Shown here in pieces: positions 23,101 to 31,180 of a stretch of DNA of 64,000 nt. The DNA comes from an uncultured virus (IMG/VR IMGVR_UViG_3300044733_004038) (lineage: Duplodnaviria; Heunggongvirae; Uroviricota; Caudoviricetes), in IMG/VR virus record IMGVR_UViG_3300044733_004038; one strand, given 5' to 3'. The notes under the pieces are model-generated. The model saw nothing but the letters and a program-made list of their open reading frames with translations, was not told where the DNA came from and made no database searches. Numbering within the stretch: position 1 is the stretch's first letter; each line of letters starts with the position of its first letter. The translations under genes and the position numbers were made by a program.

Positions 23101-24062
23101 GCAACCGTTGGAGCAGTTTCATTATTTGATGCAACTCCACCAAATGATGTACAGGTTCCAGAAATGCAACGCTCAGTGGAGCCAGCCTCGCTGTCAACCA
23201 TCAGCGCTGGAGGTAAGCCTGAATCGTCAAGGTTAAACGAAGCAAAACCAAGTTTATAAGTACCGCTTATAGAGACTTGATATGTTGAAGTTTGCCAACC
23301 CGTAGAGCCATAAGAATTTGTTGAGTAGTCGCCAGTGCCAGGATTGGTGAATCCAAGAAGTGCGTATTGCTTGACATAGTTGTTTACCGTTACTACTGGA
23401 GTGCCAGTAACAGTCACAGGAATGAGTGATGTGATAGAGCCATCGTTAAAAGGAACATAGTCAGTTCCGACATAGTTCCACGCCATTGTATATGTCGTTC
23501 CTGCTGTAAGTTCCACTTCACGAGTTATCCATGCTGCGTCTGTCGGTGTACCTTGACCGTTGCCTGATGCTTGCGCCTGCGATGTAAGCATGTTTTTGAT
23601 TTCTGTTACCGAGCCAGCCGAAAGGCTCAAAGCACTTGCCGCTTGGTCAAAAGTCTGTTCACCTTTGGGTTGAAGCAGAACAGCATTTGTTCCGTTATTA
23701 GGGGAGAATGTCCAACTGCCAGAAGCAACTGCTGGTGCGTAATACGGACTAGACGGACTTCCAACAGCACCTCTAGAGCCGTGAGTAAAAGTACGAGAAC
23801 CAGTAAATATAGTTACGCCACTACCGTTGCCAGTTATCGTGTTGCCTAACGTTCCTGTCTGAGAACCTTTGTTCCAACCAGTGAAAGTTCCATCCTCAAA
23901 ACCTGTGTTCGAGATATTCGAGATAGTGGCGGCCTGAACTGACGTCACGGGCGGCATGACAAGCGCGATCAGTGCAGCGGGTACGAGAATCCACGCTCCG
24001 CTTCTAATTATTTTACTAAATGCTTTTTGCTCTCTCCCCCAGACAGATCGAGCTTTTCGCAC
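20133..24062 (-). CDS. Large secreted/surface protein (beta-helix repeats, FN3-like domain, Thr linkers, acidic helical repeats)
   Basis: Signal peptide, GTLRWAI..AN beta-helix cap, N/S/T-rich repeats, PVTNLTA...LDWDA FN3-like, poly-T tracts, ~17-aa acidic VFDED repeats. Confidence 0.8.
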   Translation of the reverse strand: MRKARSVWGREQKAFSKIIRSGAWILVPAALIALVMPPVTSVQAATISNISNTGFEDGTFTGWNKGSQTGTLGNTITGNGSGVTIFTGSRTFTHGSRGAVGSPSSPYYAPAVASGSWTFSPNNGTNAVLLQPKGEQTFDQAASALSLSAGSVTEIKNMLTSQAQASGNGQGTPTDAAWITREVELTAGTTYTMAWNYVGTDYVPFNDGSITSLIPVTVTGTPVVTVNNYVKQYALLGFTNPGTGDYSTNSYGSTGWQTSTYQVSISGTYKLGFASFNLDDSGLPPALMVDSEAGSTERCISGTCTSFGGVASNNETAPTVAPTTTTTVAQTTTTSSTTTTSTTTTTTTTTTIPAPTSLEVTSLLDDGSSGTLRWAITQANATAGGIYDAITFDIDGTITLTSALPQVTQNLTVTGNGRTQTIIDGNNLYRPFNIASTKSLTISDMTLKQGQATNGGLILNGSGTLSATNIRFTGMSGGSAVFNNNNGSVSTLTNTTFDYLYIGIAGDYGSTPSALSQTDSDYTNRTYVYDSVFSNNTYGISGQRFFKINNTQFSNNTQAGASLNGLNRQQVTNSTFTSNGIGLYFSSWIPTSWAVGAGNQTVSGSTFNGNTTAIQFANSWNNGSTSYNGASANSFSTASGNTFGVTALNTNNFSGSGYVESNNTITAAYLNPVTNLTAVANADGSVDLDWDASAASNCVIYGYSVSFYDLTVIGGATSGGWGVWTNQGTNYSLSTGMFSGSNPVTTGYGPVRFGIKAMTGGCVGVGTGSCTYGPEVTIDATVIDPTPVTTTTTSTTTTVPYQPVPGPNNPGQSDNGGDSSPTDTTEPPYIIPLPETESTTVTLPTETLPGTELPTVTIPEEWESTETTLLPIEVDPTETETVVVIIPPDDYTVTDIEDDEPITTVILDNILENTFTTDIEADEVGAVLDTLLGAELTDAQFDNVLEAVFTEDVSADVFTEALTTMLDADITSEQLTVVLDSAFSEDTSAENMVSALVSIFDGPLSSGDLDKVMDAVFDEDISAADTMTVLDDLLETNLSQAETEAIFDSVFDDDLSDAETIDLIVDVLKDGLTADNLGAALDAVFDEEVSTEVLIETFTAVLGNELNEESLGVIVDVLESDTITGEQVGQVVTLVIQQEGGIPSDQATELATSSKVLESIDGEQATEVFAAIVVAEVSQEAGTEIAEALAGAVTEVKEAFQEEINVFAGVFDTYVPVDSSVDVGTRRSLVAAAAAVSTMAVAGTAAAGAPSAPSGGSSGSGSGSVSDSNNAARKENEAEQEAAGEIAGGEEDEDDKEFTRNSIYKYIEE

Positions 24063-24073
24063 TCTATTCCTTG

Positions 24074-24310
24074 CTATTCGTAGTTTTCCTCAGAAGGTTC
24101 GTGTACAACGTCACGCCATGCGATGACTCGTGTCGCGTCTACTAGATAACTAGTCACGTCTCCAAGATCTTCAATCGCGATAAGCAGATCCGCTCTGCGC
24201 GAGATCTCCTCAGGATCGTCAAGATCATCGGCGACGTTGCACAGCGTTTCAACACATGCCTTTACTCTGCGAAGAGCTCTAGCGTGTCTGTCTTCTTCTG
24301 TGTATCGCAT
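24074..24310 (-). CDS. Hypothetical protein
   Basis: 78-aa ORF upstream of the surface protein. Confidence 0.55.
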   Translation of the reverse strand: MRYTEEDRHARALRRVKACVETLCNVADDLDDPEEISRRADLLIAIEDLGDVTSYLVDATRVIAWRDVVHEPSEENYE

Positions 24311-24410
24311 GATGTGTCAAATCATATCTACTCTCCGCCCCGGCGAGAACTCTCTTCCGCCAACTATTTCTACGGCGGAGGCGGAGGAAGAAGAGATATA
24401 TAAGGTTGAA

Positions 24411-24742
24411 TTTTTCGCCGCAGTTATTTCTATAGAAGAACGCCTTCGTCACTGCTGTCACTGTCTGCGCTTGGGGTGCTCTTGCGCCTACCGCCCTCTC
24501 TTCTATCGCCGCGGAGGAAGGGGAAGAAGGGATGCTTTGACGCTATTTTTTCGCCGCGGTTATTTCGCTAGTAGAAGAGAAAGCGGAGGAGGAGGAGAGG
24601 GAGGGGAAGGCACTCTTGGGACGTCAAAAGTTCGCCGCTCCTAAGGTACTATTCTTGTGCGAAGAGGTGAGAAGAGGAGTAGAGGGCAAGTATAGTACGT
24701 TAGGAATTTGGGGCCTAGTTGCAGTTTTTCGCCGCAGTTATT
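24411..24742. repeat. Three iteron-like direct repeats TTTTTCGCCGC(A/G)GTTATT
   Basis: Copies at 24411, 24547 and 24725. Confidence 0.75.
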
Positions 24743-24836
24743 GACTAAGGAAGAAGAGAACGAAGAAAAAAGAAAGAGAGAGGGAAAAAAGTGTACTAGG
24801 GGATTTTCTGTGTGCGCGCACAACAAAGTGTCTTAG

Positions 24837-24977
24837 TACTGACTATATTAACTATATAGCATACTACTATATTCAATTATTTTTAGTATACACGTATACG
24901 TATACGTATAGGGGTAACGAGAACTATAGTTGAAAATAGTAGTATGCAAAAATATAGTTACTTTTGTATAGTCAGTA
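24837..24977. repeat. AT-rich imperfect inverted repeat centred on a 16-bp palindrome (candidate origin or terminus)
   Basis: TACTGACTATA/TATAGTCAGTA and GCATACTACTAT.TTCAA/TTGAA.ATAGTAGTATGC arms around TATACGTATACGTATA (24895-24910). Confidence 0.7.
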
Positions 24978-25059
24978 ATACTTTATAGTCGATGCCGTGA
25001 TACAATGATGTCTGTACACAATAACGTGTACAATAAAAAATGTACAGAACGGACAAAAA

Positions 25060-25566
25060 ATGAGTGACGTTGAATCTGTTGAATCCGCTCGAGTAGCGAC
25101 GGAAAAGGCCATGGCAATTCTGGGAGTCTCGCTTGAGGAAATTGAAGAGGCTACTGAGATTAGACGAGAGAATGGTCCTCGAGACCAGAGGATCTGCGTC
25201 TGTGGCCACGCGATGCACAAGCATACGATCGTCGAGGGTCGTGGGCAGGTCGTGTGCAAACCGTCGGCCATGCACTGCCCGTGCAAGAACGCGCGTCCGG
25301 TAATTAAGACAAATGATACCCGATGCTTTCTTCGTAAAACGGAAGGTCCCGGCGCTGAGCACGCCTTGAGTCGCGGAATGGCCGAGGCGCTTAAGCGAGG
25401 CAAATCGTTCGAGTGGATCGTGCCAATCGTGTGCGATAGATGCGAGCAGCCGACCGACAAGATTATTCCAACTCCGATTGGTCAAGGAACTACTGGAGTC
25501 TACAAAAAGAATGAAGCATCCGCGCTAAACGCACTGTTGTGCCGTGAGTGCTTTACGGCTATATAG
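25060..25566 (+). CDS. Cys/His-rich zinc-binding hypothetical protein
   Basis: CVCGH...H, CPC, CDRC and CREC motifs. Confidence 0.75.
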   Translation: MSDVESVESARVATEKAMAILGVSLEEIEEATEIRRENGPRDQRICVCGHAMHKHTIVEGRGQVVCKPSAMHCPCKNARPVIKTNDTRCFLRKTEGPGAEHALSRGMAEALKRGKSFEWIVPIVCDRCEQPTDKIIPTPIGQGTTGVYKKNEASALNALLCRECFTAI

Positions 25567-26219
25567 TGCACTTCAACGTCGTAATCGCCACACCCGGCAG
25601 AATGTTTCATGCCGAGTACGTACAGAGTTTGGTTAAGACAACTCGAGTACTTAACTCGCTTGGACTTAATTACACATTTTTGAACAAGTACTCGTCGTTT
25701 GTGCCGACGGCACGAGAGCTGACCGCTATCGACAAGTGGCAGCACGACTACGACTCAAATCAGATCGCCGGTGGAGAATTCACCTACGACAAGATCGTGT
25801 GGATCGACTCAGATATCGAGTGGGATGCTCACGACTTTGTGAAGCTCCTTCAGTCAGACAAGGACATCGTTTCCGGGCTGTACGTTTTAGATACCGCAGG
25901 CACAGTAGCGGTCAATTACCCAGACGATCGAGGTGTGCCCAAGCGAGTGAACAAGGTCGAGTTCCTCCTCCACGATCTTCCTGTTGAAGTTGGCGGCGTC
26001 GGCTTTGGGTTTCTTGCGGTGAAATCTGGAGTCTTTGAAAATATGCCAAGACCTTGGTTTCTCATCGCAAGACTGCAGTGGAGCTCTGAATCTGAGATGA
26101 GGGTGAACGTTGGAGAAGACTACTCATGGTGCGCCAAAGCTCAGCAGTCAGGATATAAAATCTGGATAGATCCGACGATAAAGGTTAGACATCACAAGGA
26201 GACGGTTTACGAAGTATGA
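25566..26219 (+). CDS. GT-A fold (GT2-like) glycosyltransferase
   Basis: WIDSD DxD motif, VSGLY, GFGF, GEDYSWC and WIDPT..VRHHK. Confidence 0.8.
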   Translation: MHFNVVIATPGRMFHAEYVQSLVKTTRVLNSLGLNYTFLNKYSSFVPTARELTAIDKWQHDYDSNQIAGGEFTYDKIVWIDSDIEWDAHDFVKLLQSDKDIVSGLYVLDTAGTVAVNYPDDRGVPKRVNKVEFLLHDLPVEVGGVGFGFLAVKSGVFENMPRPWFLIARLQWSSESEMRVNVGEDYSWCAKAQQSGYKIWIDPTIKVRHHKETVYEV

Positions 26220-26473
26220 AGAAACAAGAGCTCATTTCTACGATAATTAAAGATATAACAGTCGCGATGGTGAACAACGAGAAGCCCTCCGTTGAGCAGA
26301 TCGCAGAAGCTGTCGTGACTCCAGTTGACGCGTTTATGAAATCAATTGAGGATCAACTAACGGAACTAATAAAAGACTGGGAAGAGAAAATGTCGGACGA
26401 CGACAAGACACTCTATAGTCTCGGATTGAGAAGAGCCTTGGACATCGTCAGAGGAGAATCTCCGCTAAGATAA
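26216..26473 (+). CDS. Hypothetical protein
   Basis: ATGA-coupled ORF. Confidence 0.65.
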   Translation: MKKQELISTIIKDITVAMVNNEKPSVEQIAEAVVTPVDAFMKSIEDQLTELIKDWEEKMSDDDKTLYSLGLRRALDIVRGESPLR

Positions 26474-26477
26474 TAAC

Positions 26478-26564
26478 CGCGCAGTAGCATTAACGGTAGA
26501 GCAACCGCGTCCATGACCCCATGGTTGGGCGGTAGGTTTCTTGGTTCGAGTCCAAGACTGCGCA
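26478..26564 (+). ncRNA. tRNA-like RNA with expanded (20-nt, hairpin-containing) anticodon loop
   Basis: Acceptor GCGCAG/CTGCGC, GGTAGAGC D region, ACCGC/GCGGT stem, CTTGG-TTCGAGT-CCAAG T-arm; no encoded CCA. Confidence 0.65.
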
Positions 26565-26576
26565 CAAAAAACACAC

Positions 26577-26651
26577 GCCCTTGTAGCTCAGTGGTAGAGC
26601 AACCGCCTTGTAAGCGGTAGGTCGTCAGTTCAATCCTGACCGAGGGCTCCA
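26577..26651 (+). tRNA. tRNA-Thr(TGT)
   Basis: Full cloverleaf GCCCTTG/CGAGGGC, anticodon loop CTTGTAA, TTCAATC T-loop, encoded CCA. Confidence 0.95.
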
Positions 26652-26837
26652 TCCGCTAAGCCATTCTCAGAAGCATTTTCTTGAGCAGACTTTTCAACCG
26701 TCAAAACCCTGTTTCTAAAAGACATCCGAGAGGCAGGTCCAATCTCCTCTCTCACTCAAAAAACTCTCGCATCCTCTTCTCTGTTGTATACTTACCCTGA
26801 GCTCTCATCCGAAGGCTCACTAAGGAGAAATGAAAAT

Positions 26838-27038
26838 ATGGAAGCATTCTTGAGTGAAGCGAATAAGAAGCTTGTCGCCTCTTACGTTCGTTCGTTCATC
26901 TCTGCGGCGATCGCAGTGTACCTCTCAGGTAACACGGATCCGTCGGCACTCTGGGCAGCGGGAGTTGCTGCAGTAGTTCCTTCAGCAGCACGCTACCTAA
27001 ATCCAAAAGACAAAGCCTTTGGCCGCGGGTCAAAGTAA
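26838..27038 (+). CDS. Holin-like membrane protein
   Basis: AAGGAG RBS; SYVRSFISAAIA...RYLNPKDKAFG, two TM segments. Confidence 0.7.
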   Translation: MEAFLSEANKKLVASYVRSFISAAIAVYLSGNTDPSALWAAGVAAVVPSAARYLNPKDKAFGRGSK

Positions 27039-27067
27039 TCACAACCAAACAAGGAAAAATCACCTCC

Positions 27068-27259
27068 ATGACAACAGCAAAGAAAAAAGCTCCAGCTCCG
27101 AAGAAAGCTGCAGCTCCAAAGAAGAAAGCAGAACTCCGCACAGATGCTCCAGTTGTAGCTTCAACTCCAACTCCAGCTCCAGTGCTAACTCCACCTTCAG
27201 CTCCAGTTTCAGCGAAAAAGAAGCCTGGCTTCTTTGCTCGTTTGTTCGGCGCGAAGTAA
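27068..27259 (+). CDS. Small K/A/P-rich protein
   Basis: KKKAPAPKKAAAPKKK...KKPGFFARLFG. Confidence 0.65.
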   Translation: MTTAKKKAPAPKKAAAPKKKAELRTDAPVVASTPTPAPVLTPPSAPVSAKKKPGFFARLFGAK

Positions 27260-27272
27260 TTCTGCACAAGAC

Positions 27273-27312
27273 GAAGAGCCCGGGTACCGCTCTCTCCCCG
27301 CCCGGGCTCTTC
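27273..27312 (+). terminator. 12-bp hairpin after the K/A/P-rich gene
   Basis: GAAGAGCCCGGG/CCCGGGCTCTTC. Confidence 0.65.
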
Positions 27313-27341
27313 ACTTCACATCTAAAACGTAGTACATTCAC

Positions 27342-28301
27342 ATGAGCGAACTCGAGCCACTGTCTTTAGAGCCTGAGCGTCCAGAGCTTCAGGTTGACTC
27401 TCCGATAAATATCCGCCCGCAACTCGAAGCACTTGGCATCGAGGAAGTAGAGCGCGGCATCTGTCACGACAACTACGAGAACCGCGCGATTCTTCGTCGA
27501 CACAAGATGGGCTGGGATCCGGTCTATGCTTCTAACGGAGTGCCGACCGGTCTTATTCAAGCTCGCAGCGACGAGATGGCCAAGGCCAGAAGAATGCTCT
27601 CGCTCACAGAGAAGAAACCAATTCTAGTTGACCCAGACCGAGTCAACTCTGATTACATTACCGGCCTCGATCTACTCGCGGAATCTGCGGCTGACTATCT
27701 CGTTCCACCTTGGGTAATCGGCGCTACTCGCAACTGGATAAAAGAACAGAACGAAGGTGGCCTTCCTGCAGGTAGCAGAAGAAAACCAGCGGCGATGCCA
27801 ACGCGTTGTCGTCATGTCAAGGAAGACGGCATTCGCTGTATGCTCTGGGCGTCTGGCCGCGCGAAGGACGACGGCTACTGTCGTATTCATCTGGGCTCAG
27901 TTCAGCGTAAGCCCGGTGAAAATATAGAGCGCGCTCGAGCAAAGCTAGTACAGGCAGCGCCGTACGCTGTTGACGTTCTCGAAGATCTTATGGAGAACGC
28001 TCTTAGCGAGCCGGTGAAGTTGAAGGCCTCAACCGAGATTCTTGATCGAGCTGGAGTTCGTGGAGGAGTTGAAGTCGACGCCAATTTGAATGTCACCGAT
28101 TCGCGCAGTGCAGCTGATATAGTAGCAGATCGTCTAGCTCGTTTATCGAGAAGCGCGATCGAGGTCGCGTCTCGACTAGTCGACGCTGGAGTTAGTGAAT
28201 CAGAGTCATCGATCGAAAGAGACAATAGTGACGGCGAAAATAACGAACCTAGAGAACTATCGAGCACGAGCACAGAAGAACGAACAGAGGCTGAATCATG
28301 A
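27342..28301 (+). CDS. Probable terminase small subunit
   Basis: RC...C...CRIHLG zinc motif then AAPYAVDVLEDLM...SEPVKLKASTEILDRAG, as recalled from actinophage TerS-like proteins. Confidence 0.6.
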   Translation: MSELEPLSLEPERPELQVDSPINIRPQLEALGIEEVERGICHDNYENRAILRRHKMGWDPVYASNGVPTGLIQARSDEMAKARRMLSLTEKKPILVDPDRVNSDYITGLDLLAESAADYLVPPWVIGATRNWIKEQNEGGLPAGSRRKPAAMPTRCRHVKEDGIRCMLWASGRAKDDGYCRIHLGSVQRKPGENIERARAKLVQAAPYAVDVLEDLMENALSEPVKLKASTEILDRAGVRGGVEVDANLNVTDSRSAADIVADRLARLSRSAIEVASRLVDAGVSESESSIERDNSDGENNEPRELSSTSTEERTEAES

Positions 28302-28471
28302 CACTGGAGATACTGACCTCGCACGCTCAAGAGCACATCACCCAGCTGGAAGCCGACATCGAGAAATCAAAGACTCGAGAGGAACACATTCGGATGACCA
28401 CGCGGCTGAACGAAGCGATTCATCTTCTTGACGGAATCATCGAGCTCTATGGCGCGCAAATCGCTTCGTAG
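28298..28471 (+). CDS. Small hypothetical protein (57 aa)
   Basis: ATGA-coupled; MTLEILTSHAQEHITQLEADIEK... Confidence 0.55.
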   Translation: MTLEILTSHAQEHITQLEADIEKSKTREEHIRMTTRLNEAIHLLDGIIELYGAQIAS

Positions 28472-29228
28472 TAACCTACGGGACACATTTCTTCTCGAGG
28501 CACAATCTCATCTTGGCACTCGAGTTCGCACCGGAGTCTTAAGTCCATTCGCGCAACGGGTCGGCTACGCCGGCCATGCTTTGCCGTGGTCAGGAGCGTT
28601 CATCGACTGTGTCGCTCGAGACGCCGGCCTGGCTATGCCTTCCTGTGTGCAGACCGCTGCCGGCCTGAGCGAGTTTATAAGAGCTAGACGGTTGACAGAG
28701 AGACCCCGGCCCGGGGACATTGTTTTCTACGCATGGCCGACCGCTGCCATTTTTGGAATGCCGCACGTTGGGATCGTACTCGAGACTCATCGGTATCGGT
28801 CAGCGGGAATATTCACGGCGATCGAGGCTCAAATAAATTCAGGCCTGCCTAAGGCGTCAAAGGACCGAGACGGTGTGTTTATTAGGGCCCGCGAAAGAAA
28901 CGACGTTCTCGCGTTCGTCAGGCCTGAGTTCAAACATCGGCCTGCCATAGGCGAATTACCCGAGACCGCTGCCAAAATATCAATTCGCGCGATTCGGCCA
29001 AGCAGTAAGCCTAACCTAGACACTGAGGCTTTGCAACGAGCGTTGGCCTTGAAGTGTAACCTTGAAGGATACATTCCAGGAATCTTCGACGAGAAGACGA
29101 AGAGAGCTTTAGCTCGTTGGATGCGCTCAATTGGATTTGTTGGAGACGACTCTGAAGCTGGACCCGAGCTTAATTCACTCGAGCGACTTGGACGAGAGAC
29201 TGGACTTTTTCAGATCACCATTGAATAA
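28449..29228 (+). CDS. CHAP-like amidase (catalytic Cys replaced by Ser) with PG-binding-like C-terminus
   Basis: PWSGAFIDCV, PRPGDIVFY, HVGIV and IEAQ; LQRALA...GIFDEKTKRAL. Confidence 0.7.
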   Translation: MARKSLRSNLRDTFLLEAQSHLGTRVRTGVLSPFAQRVGYAGHALPWSGAFIDCVARDAGLAMPSCVQTAAGLSEFIRARRLTERPRPGDIVFYAWPTAAIFGMPHVGIVLETHRYRSAGIFTAIEAQINSGLPKASKDRDGVFIRARERNDVLAFVRPEFKHRPAIGELPETAAKISIRAIRPSSKPNLDTEALQRALALKCNLEGYIPGIFDEKTKRALARWMRSIGFVGDDSEAGPELNSLERLGRETGLFQITIE

Positions 29229-29252
29229 TCCAGAGTTTATATAATTCTGGTA

Positions 29253-29660
29253 ATGATAAGAGACAGCTACCCAAAGACTCGTTGCGACGAGTGTAATCAG
29301 GATACTCACGTTCAAAATCCAAAATACGTGGAAGACGTAGATATCGACTACGAGCCTCGTGAAGAGTATCCGCAAGTTATAAATGGCATGGTCCTTGACT
29401 TACTTGGCGGCTATGGCATGTTCGTCGATTTTATGTTTGAAGAACCAGAACGAGAAATGACAGTGCTCTGTCACGACTGCTTTCTAAAGGTTGCTCGCGC
29501 TCTTCCAAACATTTTTCGAGCCGGTGCCCCGTATCACACTCTTTTTGAAGACGAAGACGAACACTCGTGCTGCGAGTTTTCTTGGACTAGAACTGGAGAC
29601 GATCAGCTACTCTTTGGCGATACCGAAGGCAACTGGGTTTCCAGAGATGATAATATATAA
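29253..29660 (+). CDS. Acidic Cys-containing hypothetical protein
   Basis: CDEC and CHDC; ATG 7 nt after TATAAT (leaderless). Confidence 0.7.
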   Translation: MIRDSYPKTRCDECNQDTHVQNPKYVEDVDIDYEPREEYPQVINGMVLDLLGGYGMFVDFMFEEPEREMTVLCHDCFLKVARALPNIFRAGAPYHTLFEDEDEHSCCEFSWTRTGDDQLLFGDTEGNWVSRDDNI

Positions 29661-29666
29661 TTATTA

Positions 29667-30209
29667 ATGAACATACAACAGACACAGGAGAAAACGATGC
29701 GCAAGTACAATCAAGTAATAGAAGAAAAAATAATGATGTTCCAAACACTGAAAGACAACGTTCAACTTACGTTGCTTGAATCTACTCAACCACTCAGCGT
29801 TCTTGAGCTTCAGCAAGCAATTAGCCAGATGACCGGACGAAAAGCCGATCCGGTGTCAGTGAGAAACGCGTTGATTCGTTTGGAAGCCGCCGGCCTGGTA
29901 AGCAAGCGTACCGAGACCATGGATGAACGTCTCATTCGCTCATCAATGAAAGCGCCTAAAGGCTATCAAGCGTCGCTGTACTGGGCTAAAGGCAACGTTG
30001 TGCCTCCACGCACCGTCGCTGAAGCTGTACCGGGCGTCGTCCTTAAAACTGGACGTCGGCCTGCTAGCACTCGAAAAGGCAAGACCGCTGCCAAAAAGCA
30101 CACTGCAGATCAGCTCATCGATCTTCTTGTGAGCGAGCGAACAGCGAAACTTCAGGCCCGGGTAGCCGAACTTGAAGACCGTCTGGCAAAAATTAAACGC
30201 CTAGCTTAG
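29667..30209 (+). CDS. Winged-HTH DNA-binding protein
   Basis: PLSVLELQQAI...VSVRNALIRLEAAGLVSKR; start may be 29697. Confidence 0.7.
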   Translation: MNIQQTQEKTMRKYNQVIEEKIMMFQTLKDNVQLTLLESTQPLSVLELQQAISQMTGRKADPVSVRNALIRLEAAGLVSKRTETMDERLIRSSMKAPKGYQASLYWAKGNVVPPRTVAEAVPGVVLKTGRRPASTRKGKTAAKKHTADQLIDLLVSERTAKLQARVAELEDRLAKIKRLA

Positions 30210-30256
30210 GCTTCTGATTTGATACAGTTGGCTCATGAACGTGAGCCAGTTGTATC

Positions 30257-30487
30257 GTGTTGGGCTATAACCTTCTCTTAGTCGAGACACCAATTGAGGC
30301 AATGATCGCAGCTGAAGTCGGCGCTTACGACTTTTTTTACGAGTCAAGCGAGTGCTGCAACTGCGGAATGGTTGTTGGCCCGACAGACGACGAATTCTTT
30401 CCAGCTGTTGTAGTATGCGATCAATTAGAAGTATCATGGGTTGTTTGTGTTGAGTGCGCATTCCCAGTCATGAGTCCTCATTCTTAG
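30257..30487 (+). CDS. Zinc-binding hypothetical protein
   Basis: CCNC...CVEC; start uncertain. Confidence 0.5.
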   Translation: MLGYNLLLVETPIEAMIAAEVGAYDFFYESSECCNCGMVVGPTDDEFFPAVVVCDQLEVSWVVCVECAFPVMSPHS

Positions 30488-30534
30488 GTTTCCAGAGTTT
30501 ATATAATGACTCTACACCAAACGAAAGGACAACA

Positions 30535-30789
30535 ATGAAAGTATCATCAGTCGAACTTGCAGAGCTGGAGCACGTAGTTAGCGGAATAGACACGCCGGTG
30601 CTGCGTGATCGGTTTAGAACAGAGTTCGCAGCCGGACGCATACCAGTTGTAAAAGACATCGAGGTCTTCTATCGCTGGTTCGTGTATCACCGAGCTTGCG
30701 ATGATGGCTTCCGCTTTGAGAAGAGCTATGCAGACGCTCATATTGACACAGCTCTTCGCCGAGTAATCGATCCACTTGGCGAGAGCTAA
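30535..30789 (+). CDS. Cassette hypothetical protein
   Basis: Repeat promoter and GAAAGGAC RBS; MKVSSVEL...DAHIDTALRRVI. Confidence 0.75.
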   Translation: MKVSSVELAELEHVVSGIDTPVLRDRFRTEFAAGRIPVVKDIEVFYRWFVYHRACDDGFRFEKSYADAHIDTALRRVIDPLGES

Positions 30790-30839
30790 TCCAGAGTTGT
30801 TACAATATCACTATCAACTTCAACGAAAGGACGCAAAGA

Positions 30840-31034
30840 ATGAAAACGAAAGCTAAGCCTCTACGGCCGATGGTCGTATACAAAGGGCCGAATGGTCGGT
30901 ACTTTGGCATACACCGCACGTACGACGGCCACAACACCGAGGTGGTCGGCCCGACGTTCAGTGGGTTCAAGACTGCTAAGGAAGCGCGCCGCGCCGCGCT
31001 AGACCTTGGGTTTGAGCCAATCAACAACGTTTAG
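30840..31034 (+). CDS. Cassette hypothetical protein
   Basis: Repeat promoter and RBS. Confidence 0.7.
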   Translation: MKTKAKPLRPMVVYKGPNGRYFGIHRTYDGHNTEVVGPTFSGFKTAKEARRAALDLGFEPINNV

Positions 31035-31180
31035 AAGAATTGGCTGATAGCCAGGAAGGTGCGGAGCTGACACTCCGTTAAACAGGCAGAACTGAGTTCA
31101 ACGAATGTGGCGTCTTGAGCGGCCTTCCGAACTTTCCGGAGTTTATATAATGTATTTACACCAAACGAAAGGACAAGACA

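Noticed and set aside
24237..24826. ORFs in the 24.3-24.8 kb gap
   Set aside because: Low-complexity GA-rich sequence, no RBS and no protein-like pattern
26413..26652. Minus-strand 79-aa ORF MEPSVRIELTTYRLQG
   Set aside because: Antisense translation of the tRNA genes
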